Under the pieces are notes generated by a model, which was not told the DNA's origin, made no database searches, and worked only from the letters and a program-made list of their open reading frames with translations. From an uncultured Candidatus Entotheonella sp. (lineage in GTDB: Bacteria > Tectomicrobia > Entotheonellia > Entotheonellales > Entotheonellaceae), in contig OZ244252.1 of NCBI GenBank assembly GCA_965217185.1, forward strand, positions 448,001-512,000: a DNA stretch of 64,000 nt. The letters are read 5' to 3'. The translations under genes and the position numbers were made by a program. Positions 47,560 through 57,286 of the stretch are shown here, piece by piece (position 1 is the stretch's first letter; every line of letters begins with the position of its first letter).

Positions 47560-49071
47560 ATGACAAACCACAAATTGTCTCGCCGAGACGCGCTACGGGT
47601 GATCGGGAGCCTGCCGATCCTGCTGGCGACAGGTGCGTTAGCCGGAACCAGGGAAGATTTCGCCGCAGCCTTGGCTCGACAACCGGCATTGATCGCCTTT
47701 GAGACGGCGCGCGCGGAGGCGTTCGCCGCTCCGCTGACGACGCTTATTGGTCGCCTACCACCCGCGCTCGCCGGCGTCCTGTGGCGGAATGGTCCGGCCG
47801 AGCACGAGCGCTACGGTCACCGTTACGGACATTGGTTCGACGGCGACGGCATGATCCAGGCCTTCACCTTTACCGGAAGCAACGTGATCCACCGCGCCCG
47901 CATTCTGGACACGCCGAAACGCCGCCGTGAGACCCAAGCAGGCGAGCGCGTCCTGCCCGCCTTCGCCACCATCCCCCCACGTCCCGAGCCGATCCTTGGC
48001 CCCAACGACATGAACGTCGCCAATACCTCCATACTCGCTCACGCTGGGCGCCTCATGGCCTTGTGGGAGGGCGGCTCGGCGTTGGCGGTCGATCCGGATT
48101 CGCTCACTGCCGGCCAACTCGTCGCCTGGCGCCCGGACCTCGCCGGCGTGCCGTTCTCCGCGCATCCGAAGATCGAACCGGACGGCACCTTGTGGAATAT
48201 CGGCTGCGTGTTGGCTCCGCAGTCGGTGCTGCTCTTCTACCACATCGACCGAACTGGAAGGCTCGTCAAGGTCAACACCATGCCCATCGCGCCCTTGGGC
48301 ATGGTGCACGATTTCGTTGTGACGGCGCGCCACCTCGTCATGCTGTTGACGCCCTTCGTGCTGGAGCCGGACCGGTTCCTCTCTGGGCACGCGAGTTTTC
48401 TCGATGCCCACGTCTGGCGCCCTGCACTTGGCACCAGAGTGCTGACGGTCGATAAGGACACGTTGGAGCCCGTGTGCCGCCACGAGCTTCCCCCTGGCTT
48501 CCACTTCCATCACGGCAACGGCTGGGAGGAGCCGGACGGCACGATCCGCCTCGATGTCTGCCAAGCACCAGACCCCGCGTTTCTCACCGAGGACCTGCGG
48601 GCCGTTATGCAGGGCGAGTGGCGATTCCCGGCGACGTATCCGAGCTACCGCCACGTCGTCCTGAAGCCCAATGGCACTGCCGCGATAGACGATGTGGCGC
48701 CGGGCATCGCCGAGTTTCCCCGCATCGACCCGCGCTACACGGGGCTGCGGCACCGCAAGGTCTTCGCGCTCTCCGGCAGCGGTGAAGAAGGGGGCTGGCC
48801 GCTCCGGCGTGTTGCCTGCCTCGATCCCGAAGGTGGCACGGTCGATGTCTGGTCTTACCCGCGGCATCAAATTCCCGAGGAGCATGTGTTCGTGCCGCGC
48901 GGTGAATCCGAGGGCGATGGTTGGCTCATAGGTCCGTTCCTCGACGTCCAGCGTCGCGCCACGGGGCTGAACGTGTTCGAGGCAGGACACCTCGCGGACG
49001 GGCCGCTATGGCAGGGCGTATTACCCTATCCACTGCCTCTAGGGCTGCATGGTGCGTTCGTGATAATCTGA
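47560..49071 (+). CDS. Carotenoid oxygenase (RPE65/lignostilbene dioxygenase) family protein, Tat-like signal
   Basis: WRNGP, HWFDGDGMI, FSAHPK, MVHDF, FHHGN, EFPRI, PLGLHGAF; SRRDAL. Confidence 0.92.
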   Translation: MTNHKLSRRDALRVIGSLPILLATGALAGTREDFAAALARQPALIAFETARAEAFAAPLTTLIGRLPPALAGVLWRNGPAEHERYGHRYGHWFDGDGMIQAFTFTGSNVIHRARILDTPKRRRETQAGERVLPAFATIPPRPEPILGPNDMNVANTSILAHAGRLMALWEGGSALAVDPDSLTAGQLVAWRPDLAGVPFSAHPKIEPDGTLWNIGCVLAPQSVLLFYHIDRTGRLVKVNTMPIAPLGMVHDFVVTARHLVMLLTPFVLEPDRFLSGHASFLDAHVWRPALGTRVLTVDKDTLEPVCRHELPPGFHFHHGNGWEEPDGTIRLDVCQAPDPAFLTEDLRAVMQGEWRFPATYPSYRHVVLKPNGTAAIDDVAPGIAEFPRIDPRYTGLRHRKVFALSGSGEEGGWPLRRVACLDPEGGTVDVWSYPRHQIPEEHVFVPRGESEGDGWLIGPFLDVQRRATGLNVFEAGHLADGPLWQGVLPYPLPLGLHGAFVII

Positions 49072-49253
49072 AATCTTCAATATAGGGTGGTCAAGCTTGA
49101 CAGATCACTCCGTATCAGAAGCTGGGCGTGCGCGCCCATTTGGGATTCAGGAACACTGCCCCGGCATGCGTCCGTGAACCCGATTGGAACCCCAAGAACG
49201 GTGTGAGCGGACATGAGCGGGCACGCCTTCATTGCAACTTGGGAACAGGTTAT

Positions 49254-49712
49254 ATGGCAAGCCGACACCAAGACTGGTTCAACCAGGGAAAGCGGGATGT
49301 GGAACTCGCCCGCTGGTGCATTGAGGGCGGCCACTACGAGTGGGCCTGTTTTGCCGCCCAGCAAGCCGCCGAGAAGGTGATCAAAGCCGTTTTTCAGAAA
49401 CTGGGTGGGGATGCCTGGGGCCATTCGGTCACGGACTTGCTGAAGGCGTTACCGGTTTCCCGTGCGGTCGAGATCGAGTTGTTGGACGCAGCGAGGGAAC
49501 TGGACCGCCACTACATACCAGCGCGGTATCCCAATTCACATCCGGCAGGTGCGCCGTTTGAACACTATATGCAGGGGGAGGCCGTTCGTGCGGTATCCAA
49601 CGCCGAAAGCATCATCGTCTTCTGTGAGGGTGTTCTGGCTGAACCGGGAGGAGACGATCCAGCACCTCCAAGAGGCGATGAGGGCGCTGAAGATACGGCA
49701 CCCGGAGGTTGA
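49254..49712 (+). CDS. HEPN domain protein
   Basis: YEWACFAAQQAAEKVIKA, WGHS, LDRHYIPARYP; 3' end overlaps the MNT gene. Confidence 0.9.
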   Translation: MASRHQDWFNQGKRDVELARWCIEGGHYEWACFAAQQAAEKVIKAVFQKLGGDAWGHSVTDLLKALPVSRAVEIELLDAARELDRHYIPARYPNSHPAGAPFEHYMQGEAVRAVSNAESIIVFCEGVLAEPGGDDPAPPRGDEGAEDTAPGG

Positions 49713-49956
49713 GCGCGCGGTGTTGTTCGGCTCGCTGCAGCGCGGCGACGCTGTGCCCGGCAGCGATGCCGACGTGCTGCTGGTGCTGCTCACGACCGAC
49801 TTGTCGTTTTCCGAGCGCGCCGCCGTATACCGCCCTGAGGGCATTGGCATCCCCGTCGATCTCTTCGTCTATACCCGCGCCGAGCTGGACGACATGCTGG
49901 CCGACGGCAACCGCTTCACCAGTCGGGCGCTGGCGGAGGGGATGGAGCTGCTCTGA
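49588..49956 (+). CDS. Minimal nucleotidyltransferase (MNT), copy 1
   Basis: LFGSLQRGD...SDADVLLV, PVDLFVYT; exact start uncertain. Confidence 0.88.
   Translation: MRYPTPKASSSSVRVFWLNREETIQHLQEAMRALKIRHPEVERAVLFGSLQRGDAVPGSDADVLLVLLTTDLSFSERAAVYRPEGIGIPVDLFVYTRAELDDMLADGNRFTSRALAEGMELL
49590..49956 (+). repeat. 367-bp direct repeat, copy 1 (partner at 58046-58412)
   Basis: Ungapped alignment; first 35 nt identical, roughly 43 mismatches by eye (~88% identity). Confidence 0.92.
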
Positions 49957-50043
49957 TTTTTACGACGGAGGCGACAAATACGGATAGAGGCAATGGAACG
50001 GTGCGCGTAGCGAGCCGTGCCGGCCTGTGAAGTGGGGCGACTC

Positions 50044-52227
50044 ATGGCCAGAAAACATCGACGGAGAGAAAAGCGAGCGAGGCAGCGTACGGAGCAACAG
50101 CGGCATCGTCCGGCACAGCGTGTGCAGGGTGCAGTAGCAGCCCTTCGCGGCGGAGATGCGGCGGGCGCTTTGCGGTTGGCAGCGGACGCTCTTGCCGCGG
50201 CCAATGACCCGGCAACGGAGGCTGTCGCCCGGCGTGTTGTGGTCGAGGCGCATTTTCGCTTGGCCGCCAGCGCGACACGTGCCAGTCAAAGTCTGGAACA
50301 CCTTGATGCTGCGCTCGATCTCGGCCCTGAAGCCTTCAGGCTGCGTTATCATCGCGCGGTCACGTTGTGTCGCCTGGGGCGCGTTGCCGAGGTCGTGCCG
50401 GAACTCGAGATCCTGGCGACGCAGGACGCCAATCGTCGAGATGTGGCCGCGCTATGCCAACTCGCACGCACAGCAATGGGACAACCCGACGCCGAGCCGC
50501 GGGCGCAGGCGGCAGATGATTTCTTCCGCGACGACACCTCGGCTCTTTGGCAGACATTGCACGACATGAAGGAACAGCCCAAGGCGGCCCCGGTGGCACA
50601 ATTGCGGGTGCTTGCAGACGGCCTGGAACCGACCGATGGTGCCGGCGCCGTGACTCAGTACTACCTCGGCGTGGCTGCCATGCGAACCGGTGACGTGGAG
50701 ACAGGGCGGGCGGCTTGGCGGGTGGCGGCCGATGCCGGCATGGCGACGCCGTGGTCGGAGGCAAACCATGCACACTTGCTCCGGGAACAGGCCTATGCGC
50801 TTGGGCAGGAAGGGCACTGGCAAACGCTCGTCGATCTGGTGCAATCGCATCCGCAGTCCGCGCCACCGGATACCGCGACGACCGAGCTGCTCGCCGTGGC
50901 TCACACCCATCTCGGATACGCCGCAGCCCGGGCTGACGATTGGACCACGGCAGCCCAGCACTGGCAGGAGGCCGCATCAAGGAACGTCAATCGACGACTT
51001 TTGCAAAATCTTGCCTTGGCCAATGAGGCACTCGGCGACTGGTTGACCGCCGCTGCGACGTGGCGGCAGGTGATTCGCCGCCGCCCCCGCAAGCAAGATC
51101 ATGCGGACTATCTCAGCGATGCCCAGGTCGCGGCGCTTTGGCATCACGTGGTGGAATGCTACGAGCATGCGGACGACATGGATGAGGCGCTCGCCTGTCT
51201 CCGAACGGCCCTCAAGTACGCTCCGGAGGACCTGGAATTGCGTTTGAAGGCAGCGGACATTGCCCTGGAGACAGGACGTGACACCGTAGCCGAAAACGAA
51301 CTCACTCATCTCTTGTCGATCAATCCACGGCACGTGCCGGCACTGGAGCGCCTCGCTTCGCTTTACACCGATGTCTGGGGCCGTGATCCGGTGCCCATCT
51401 GGCGCCGCGTGTTGAGCATCGAACCCCAGCATGAAGAGGCGCGCGAGGTCCTGGCGCGCTGGTATATCGCTAACGTCGAAGGTGACGATTATCGGTATGG
51501 TTGGTTACCGCGCAGGCGTCGCCGCTCCGGAAAAAAGAATATCGAATGGCTTGAGGAAGGTTTGAAAGAGCTTCCCGGCCATCCCGCCCTGCTGGTGGCG
51601 CTGGGGAAATTGCACGGGGCCATGAAACAACAGGCCCGGGCGCGCCCGTATTTGGAACAGGCATGGGAAGCCGTGCCCCAAAAAGCCGATATCGTTGGGG
51701 AGGCGATGCACGAGTTGCTGCACGCCGGCGGGGGCGACGTTGTGACACGTCTGTTGCCAACCGTGCGAGAGATAAGAGGCCTGTTGGCAGCGTTCTGGGT
51801 TGACCAGGGTTGTTCCGCCTTACAATGCGAACTCGGGCAGGAATGGGTCGATCTGTTCTGGCAAGAAGCTCAGGAGTTGGGCCGGCAGGGCCGCCACGGC
51901 GACACCCCGGCGTACGTACTGGTCCGCATTTTCGATGCGGCGAACCAGGCGAAAGCTAGGGACGTGGCGGCGCACTACGAAGCACGGCTGCGAGCCGAGC
52001 ATCCCCACAGCGGCGCGGCGGCCTACGTGGACGCGTACCATGCTGCCCGCGACCGAGACGACCCCGACCGGGCGATTCGCCTGTTGCGCCGGGCCCAGCA
52101 CGCGGCGCGTCGAGCCAACGAGGAGGGCATCGCCGATTTCGCTGAGAAGATTGAATCAATCCTCAGCATGCCGCTCGACCCGTTTTTCGACCTGTTGAAC
52201 CGGTTCGATCCATCTGAACGAGACTGA
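50044..52227 (+). CDS. Large tetratricopeptide-repeat protein
   Basis: Multiple TPR-like helices (QYYLGVAAMRTGD, LLQNLALANEALGDW, LRTALKYAPED, WRRVLSIEPQHEEA); Arg-rich N-terminus. Confidence 0.85.
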   Translation: MARKHRRREKRARQRTEQQRHRPAQRVQGAVAALRGGDAAGALRLAADALAAANDPATEAVARRVVVEAHFRLAASATRASQSLEHLDAALDLGPEAFRLRYHRAVTLCRLGRVAEVVPELEILATQDANRRDVAALCQLARTAMGQPDAEPRAQAADDFFRDDTSALWQTLHDMKEQPKAAPVAQLRVLADGLEPTDGAGAVTQYYLGVAAMRTGDVETGRAAWRVAADAGMATPWSEANHAHLLREQAYALGQEGHWQTLVDLVQSHPQSAPPDTATTELLAVAHTHLGYAAARADDWTTAAQHWQEAASRNVNRRLLQNLALANEALGDWLTAAATWRQVIRRRPRKQDHADYLSDAQVAALWHHVVECYEHADDMDEALACLRTALKYAPEDLELRLKAADIALETGRDTVAENELTHLLSINPRHVPALERLASLYTDVWGRDPVPIWRRVLSIEPQHEEAREVLARWYIANVEGDDYRYGWLPRRRRRSGKKNIEWLEEGLKELPGHPALLVALGKLHGAMKQQARARPYLEQAWEAVPQKADIVGEAMHELLHAGGGDVVTRLLPTVREIRGLLAAFWVDQGCSALQCELGQEWVDLFWQEAQELGRQGRHGDTPAYVLVRIFDAANQAKARDVAAHYEARLRAEHPHSGAAAYVDAYHAARDRDDPDRAIRLLRRAQHAARRANEEGIADFAEKIESILSMPLDPFFDLLNRFDPSERD

Positions 52228-52241
52228 GGAGGATACGTTCC

Positions 52242-52616
52242 ATGAGTTCCACAGACGCCGCCAAGTCGAAGGGGGATCCTTACGAGATTTTGGGCCTGGA
52301 CCGCCAAGCCGATGATACGGCGATCAAGCGCGCCTATTTTCAGTTGGTACGACAATTTCCGCCGGAGCGCGAGCCCGAGGCGTTTCGCAAGATTCGCGCT
52401 GCCTATGAACAACTGCGTGATCCTGAACGCCGCGCCCGTCTCTCTCTTTTTCTGTTGCAACCGCCGCTGCCCCTGCCGCCCCGTCGTCGTGTGGCTTATG
52501 ATCTCGACGTCCACGTCGAGGACCTGTTCACGCTGGCCATGGAACAGGTGCGGATACCGATGGAGCAGGATTTCTGCGAACCGGAGCGAATCGTCCATGA
52601 CCCAAGGGGAGAATAA
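52242..52616 (+). CDS. Small J-domain protein lacking HPD (FPPE)
   Basis: DPYEILGL...IKRAYFQLVRQFPPE...FRKIRAAYEQLRDPERR; RBS GAGGAGG. Confidence 0.85.
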   Translation: MSSTDAAKSKGDPYEILGLDRQADDTAIKRAYFQLVRQFPPEREPEAFRKIRAAYEQLRDPERRARLSLFLLQPPLPLPPRRRVAYDLDVHVEDLFTLAMEQVRIPMEQDFCEPERIVHDPRGE

Positions 52617-53691
52617 CGGCATGCAAGAGCCGGAGAGCGAGTTGCGCTCGCAGACCGCCACCGATGCCCAGATGGTTCCTCAGGCACAGCAGCGCCTGCT
52701 GCAGATGGATCAGAAGCTGGCGCGCCTGCACGCGCAAGTCGAACACTTGGTAGGTGATGCTACCCAGGCCCATAGCCAGTTGACCGCGTTGATACGCCAC
52801 GTCACCGATCCGCATACGCTCGATGGGGTCCAGGAGCGCTTGGCGGAATTGACCTCGCAAGTCGAGGCTGGCCGGGAGCAATTGGACGCGCTGACTAACC
52901 AGATGGCCGATCTTGTGAGCCGACAGCAACTGGCGGAACTGGCGACCTCTGTCACCAAACTTGGGCGCACCCAGTTCAAATCGAATGCCTTGGGAGAGAG
53001 CAAAGAGGAGCAGGTCGAGCGATCGTTGAAAACGCTCCAGGACATGCTCACCCGTCGGGAAGAGCGTCAGGAACAAGTTGGGCAGCAGCGTCAAGAACGC
53101 CTCGATGAGGTGCGTCAAGAGGCGCGGTGTGAGCTTGCCGCCGACCTGCTGCCTGCCTTGGACAGCGTTGAGTTGGCGCTTGAGAGCGGGGAAGCCCTGG
53201 TGCGGCAACAAAAACAGGCGATTGCAGCATGGCATGAATCGCGCACCGCTCTGAATCCTCAGGAGGAGATGCCACCGGCCTCGCCTGGCCTGTGGCAAAA
53301 GCTGCGCACGAAGTGGACGGCGCACCCGGTACTGGTCCTGCCTGACGCCGGCGACCCACCCAGCCCATCTGAAGCCCTGACCGAGATGCCTGAGGCCGTG
53401 GAAGCCTGGCTGCAGGGCCTCGCCCTCGTGCGCGACCGGTTTCTAGGTCTGTTGTCGGCCGAGGGGCTGGCGGAGATCCGGGCTCTGGAAGAAACCTTTG
53501 ATCCTCGTTTACATCTGGCCGTCAAGACCGAAACACGAGGCGACGTGCCGCCGAACACCATCGTCCGCGTACTTCGCAAAGGCTATCGCCAGCGCCATCG
53601 GGTGCTGCGCTACGCCGAAGTCGTGGTCGCGCGGGCCGGGACGTGTCCGGAGCCAATCCGCTCAGACTCGGAGGATCCCCAGCATGCCTGA
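52597..53691 (+). CDS. grpE: GrpE-like nucleotide exchange factor with long N-terminal coiled coil
   Basis: [31 protein letters not shown]...VLRYAEVVV; start 52597 or 52621. Confidence 0.85.
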   Translation: MTQGENNGMQEPESELRSQTATDAQMVPQAQQRLLQMDQKLARLHAQVEHLVGDATQAHSQLTALIRHVTDPHTLDGVQERLAELTSQVEAGREQLDALTNQMADLVSRQQLAELATSVTKLGRTQFKSNALGESKEEQVERSLKTLQDMLTRREERQEQVGQQRQERLDEVRQEARCELAADLLPALDSVELALESGEALVRQQKQAIAAWHESRTALNPQEEMPPASPGLWQKLRTKWTAHPVLVLPDAGDPPSPSEALTEMPEAVEAWLQGLALVRDRFLGLLSAEGLAEIRALEETFDPRLHLAVKTETRGDVPPNTIVRVLRKGYRQRHRVLRYAEVVVARAGTCPEPIRSDSEDPQHA

Positions 53692-55444
53692 GCGAGACAC
53701 GATCATCGGGATCGATCTGGGCACCACCAATTCAGCCCTCAGCGTGATCCGGGAAGGCACTGCGCGTCTCTTGCCAATTGGCGACACACCCCTGTTGCCC
53801 TCCGTGGTGGGCCTCTCGCCTGCAGGGGAGGTTTTGGTCGGGACCGTGGCCCGCAACCAATGGGTGGTGGCGCCCGAACGCACCCAGCGTTCGATCAAAC
53901 GCAAGATGGGCAGCGGCGAGGCGGTGACGATGGCCGGCACATCGTACACGCCCCAGGAGATTTCAGCCTTCATCCTCGGCGAGATGAAACGCGCCGCGGA
54001 GCGAGCCCTGGGACATGCGGTGCAGCGCGCCGTGATCACCGTGCCGGCATACTTCAACGAGGTGCAACGGCAGGCGACGCTCGAAGCAGGGGAGATCGCG
54101 GGGTTGGCGGTCGAGCGCATCCTCAACGAACCCACCGCAGCCGCGTTGGCCTACGGTTATGGCATCGGCGACGACGAACACCTGCGGGTGCTGGTCTATG
54201 ACCTTGGCGGTGGCACGTTCGACGTCTCGATCATCGAGTTGTTTGGCGGCGTCGTGGATGTTCTCGCGACCGCCGGTGACAACCACCTCGGGGGTGATGA
54301 CATTGACGAGCGGCTAGCCCATCTGATCGCCGATGAATTTGCCGCGCAGCACGCCATCGATTTGCGCGAGCACCACCAGGCATGGGCACGTCTGCTGCGG
54401 GCGAGCGAGGAAGCCAAGATCGCCCTTTCTGCCGACCCCTATACGCAGATCACGCTTGAGTATATTGCGCACGACCAGGCGAACCGCCCGTTACATATCA
54501 ATCGAGAAATGAGTCGCATCGAGTTGGTGGATTTGATCGATGATCTGTTGCAGCGCACGGTCACCTGCATCGACAAGGCACTTACGGATGCCGATCTCCA
54601 GCCCGCTGATATTGAACGTGTGTTGTTGGTTGGCGGTTCCACGCGCATCCCGGCGGTTTGGGACAATGTCTCCGAGTACATGGAGCAGGAGCCACACGGC
54701 GAGATCGACCCCGATGCGGCCGTTGCATTGGGTGCGGCGGTCCAGGCGGGTATCCTCGTGGGTGAGGACGTCGACACCGTGCTCGTGGACGTGACGCCGC
54801 TGTCGCTCGGTATCGAAACGGCCAGCATGAGTATGACGGGACACCTCCAGCTCGATCGCTTTACGCCCCTGATCCGACGCAACACAACCGTGCCGGTGCA
54901 CAAAAGCGAAGTCTTTACGACGTTGTATCCGGGACAGTCGGAGATTCACGTCAAGGTGTATCAGGGAGAGGACCCCGTAGCGTCCAATAACGTGCAGCTT
55001 GGTGATTTCAGGGTGGAAGCGCTGCAACCGAATCGCGCCGATGGATTGGCTGACGTGACGGTCAACTTCGCCCTGGACTTGAATGGCATCTTGCACGTCA
55101 CGGTAACTGAACGCGCGACCGGTCGCCAGGTGAGCGAACAGTTAAAGGCGGACCGCCAGCGGCTCAGCCCGGAGCAGATCGACGCCAGTCGGGCGAAGTT
55201 GGGGTTGACGACCGAGGGTCCGGTGACAGCCGTGGAACTGGACACAGAGCTTGACCCCGGCACGAAGGCGCTCGTCGAGCGTGCCCAACGGGCACTGGAA
55301 CAGGACGGGGTAGACGCTGACCTCGCCAAGCAACTGCAAGAGACGATCGAGCACCTCTATGAGGCAGAGGCAGACGGCGACGCCAACCGCATCGAGGCAT
55401 TAAGCAACGCGTTGATTGACTTGTTGTTCGAAGCTGAATCATGA
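53684..55444 (+). CDS. Hsp70 family protein (DnaK paralog, 586 aa, short lid)
   Basis: [60 protein letters not shown]. Confidence 0.95.
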   Translation: MPERDTIIGIDLGTTNSALSVIREGTARLLPIGDTPLLPSVVGLSPAGEVLVGTVARNQWVVAPERTQRSIKRKMGSGEAVTMAGTSYTPQEISAFILGEMKRAAERALGHAVQRAVITVPAYFNEVQRQATLEAGEIAGLAVERILNEPTAAALAYGYGIGDDEHLRVLVYDLGGGTFDVSIIELFGGVVDVLATAGDNHLGGDDIDERLAHLIADEFAAQHAIDLREHHQAWARLLRASEEAKIALSADPYTQITLEYIAHDQANRPLHINREMSRIELVDLIDDLLQRTVTCIDKALTDADLQPADIERVLLVGGSTRIPAVWDNVSEYMEQEPHGEIDPDAAVALGAAVQAGILVGEDVDTVLVDVTPLSLGIETASMSMTGHLQLDRFTPLIRRNTTVPVHKSEVFTTLYPGQSEIHVKVYQGEDPVASNNVQLGDFRVEALQPNRADGLADVTVNFALDLNGILHVTVTERATGRQVSEQLKADRQRLSPEQIDASRAKLGLTTEGPVTAVELDTELDPGTKALVERAQRALEQDGVDADLAKQLQETIEHLYEAEADGDANRIEALSNALIDLLFEAES

Positions 55445-55815
55445 GGCGACCCGGGCTTGGCAGGTGCTTCGGTGCCTTAAACAATTCGAGATATCGACGG
55501 GATCATCGGGGTCGCGTCTTCAGATCATTGGGTAGTCGTGCGACGCCCCCGAAGTGCTAGCAAAGGCTTTATCTTCGGGCGGAATTTGGATGTGCATGGT
55601 TCGATCCTTAACCAACACGGCTGTGTTGGCGCAGCCTATCTCCACAAGGTCGGCGAAATCTGCGCAGCGCCGATGCCTCCGCAGCCGCCTCAAGCAATTC
55701 CCCTCGCCCCAAGGGCTCAAGTCAAGGTCCCCGTAGAACCGTAAACGTGTCCCGTAGTACGACACTACAACCCCCTAATGACGTCCAACGACCTCCAAAA
55801 ACTTCAGGACGTTTC

Positions 55816-55842
55816 TTGACATAATGTCGCCAATTAGAGACA
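55816..55842 (+). promoter_or_regulatory. Putative -35 box and palindromic operator for the TA operon
   Basis: ttgaca at 55816-55821; tgtc-N10-gaca at 55825-55842, 11 nt before the toxin ATG. Confidence 0.5.
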
Positions 55843-55852
55843 GTGCCCCTTC

Positions 55853-56146
55853 ATGAATTATCGGGTAATCCAGAGCGGCACCTTTCTTCGCTGGCTGAAG
55901 GGATTGCGTGACAAGCGCGCCCAAGCACGAATCGCCGTTCGTATTGATCGTGTCGAGGAAGGCAATTTTGGCGATCATCGCTCTGTCGGCCAAGGCGTCA
56001 GTGAAATGCGCGTTCACGTCGGCAAGGGGTATCGCATTTACTACACGATTCGAGACAACACGGTGGTCGTCCTGCTTTGTGGCGGCGACAAGTCGAGCCA
56101 GCAGCAGGATATAAAACGCGCCCACCAAATGGCGAGTGAATTCTAA
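55853..56146 (+). CDS. RelE/ParE-family addiction module killer toxin
   Basis: FLRWLKGLRD, GNFGDHRSVGQGVSEMRVHVGKGYRIYY, LLCGGDKSSQ. Confidence 0.93.
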   Translation: MNYRVIQSGTFLRWLKGLRDKRAQARIAVRIDRVEEGNFGDHRSVGQGVSEMRVHVGKGYRIYYTIRDNTVVVLLCGGDKSSQQQDIKRAHQMASEF

Positions 56147-57138
56147 TGAGCAAAGAGACCTACACACCTTGGGACAGTGCTGAGTTTCTTAACGACGATG
56201 AGGCTGTCCTGGAATACCTGCGAGCGGCACTCGAAGAAAACGATCCGGCATTTTTCGTGAGGGCCGTCGGCAACGTCGCCCGCGCCAAGGGCATGACCTC
56301 GATTGCCCAGGAAACCCGATTGGGCCGTCAGAATTTGTACAAGGCATTGTCTGGCGAGCGCGATCCGCGAATCGGCACGTTGATGAAGGTTCTTGACTCG
56401 CTTGGTGTCCAGCTCTCCGTCGCGCCGAGCCGGAGCGGAGTGATTTATGCAGAAGGTCAGGAAATCGTCAGCAGAGAGGATGAGGGAAATGGGATGCCAG
56501 TAGGAGGTCAGGCTTGGGGTGGCGAAGTCATTTTCAAGGAAAATGTCCTTACAGGCGGGTCGTATGACTACAGGCTTGTCAAATGGGAAAACCAACCGAG
56601 GATCGGTTTTCGCTGGACTGCCGGTGGTGACGTAACCAATTGTCCACGGGGAAAAAATACATGTATAACACTTGATGCCGCTTTGTATCCGGCAATTATC
56701 AATGACATGCTGCGGTGTGATCCCAACGCGCAGCAAAGAACGAGGGGATTTTTGGGTTCGGTCCTTGCGGGCGGAAATTACCCGCATCCAAAGCCAAAGG
56801 CGCCTGTCCCGGTGGGTTATAGGCACCCTGAAAACGTGAAGTCGCCGCAGGACATCTTGTTGAAACTGGTCGACGTTGTTTTAGACCGGGGACCGGGAGA
56901 TTGTGCCTACATGATTGGTTTATGGAGATCTGAACACGCCCCAAATAAATCAGCTCGAATCATGGGTTTTCGCTGGAATGGCACTGAGGCAAACCCGCGA
57001 GGTTACCCGATCTCCACGGGGTGGCCGATATGGATAGTGCTCGCAGGGTTGAAATATGAGGCGATTATCAACATCTTGCCCGATAATAAACAGGACATGG
57101 TGAGGAAGTATTTTGGCTTTCCCCCGCCGCAGGCATAA
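56146..57138 (+). CDS. Addiction-module antidote (HTH) fused to a tandem pair of unknown domains
   Basis: WDSAEFL...VARAKGMTSIAQETRLGRQNLYKALS...P..TLMKV in the first ~95 aa; ~235 aa extension with two GFRW motifs; TAATG overlap with the toxin. Confidence 0.85.
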   Translation: MSKETYTPWDSAEFLNDDEAVLEYLRAALEENDPAFFVRAVGNVARAKGMTSIAQETRLGRQNLYKALSGERDPRIGTLMKVLDSLGVQLSVAPSRSGVIYAEGQEIVSREDEGNGMPVGGQAWGGEVIFKENVLTGGSYDYRLVKWENQPRIGFRWTAGGDVTNCPRGKNTCITLDAALYPAIINDMLRCDPNAQQRTRGFLGSVLAGGNYPHPKPKAPVPVGYRHPENVKSPQDILLKLVDVVLDRGPGDCAYMIGLWRSEHAPNKSARIMGFRWNGTEANPRGYPISTGWPIWIVLAGLKYEAIINILPDNKQDMVRKYFGFPPPQA

Positions 57139-57286
57139 AACGTAAGCCGCGTAGCTTGTGCATGCACACAGCGGCTGTTTGGCGTTCGTAGCGCTTCAGT
57201 TGCTGAATGCAGTTGTAATCCTCGACGCCATAGGGCCGCGCTCGACCCCCTCATTTTTGGCTTTCAATCAACGAGTTCCCGTGACG

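Noticed and set aside
52312..52596. Longer GrpE start given by the ORF track
   Set aside because: Overlaps the J-domain gene out of frame and reads as non-protein-like sequence.
53684..55444. Calling this gene the housekeeping dnaK
   Set aside because: Short lid, divergent linker region, no hrcA or canonical dnaJ, and accessory context favour a specialised paralog.
55481..55744. Short open frame between Hsp70 and the toxin with a faint SH3-like look (IIGVASSDHWVVV...KGFIFG)
   Set aside because: No convincing start or RBS and similarity too weak to call; may be a gene remnant.
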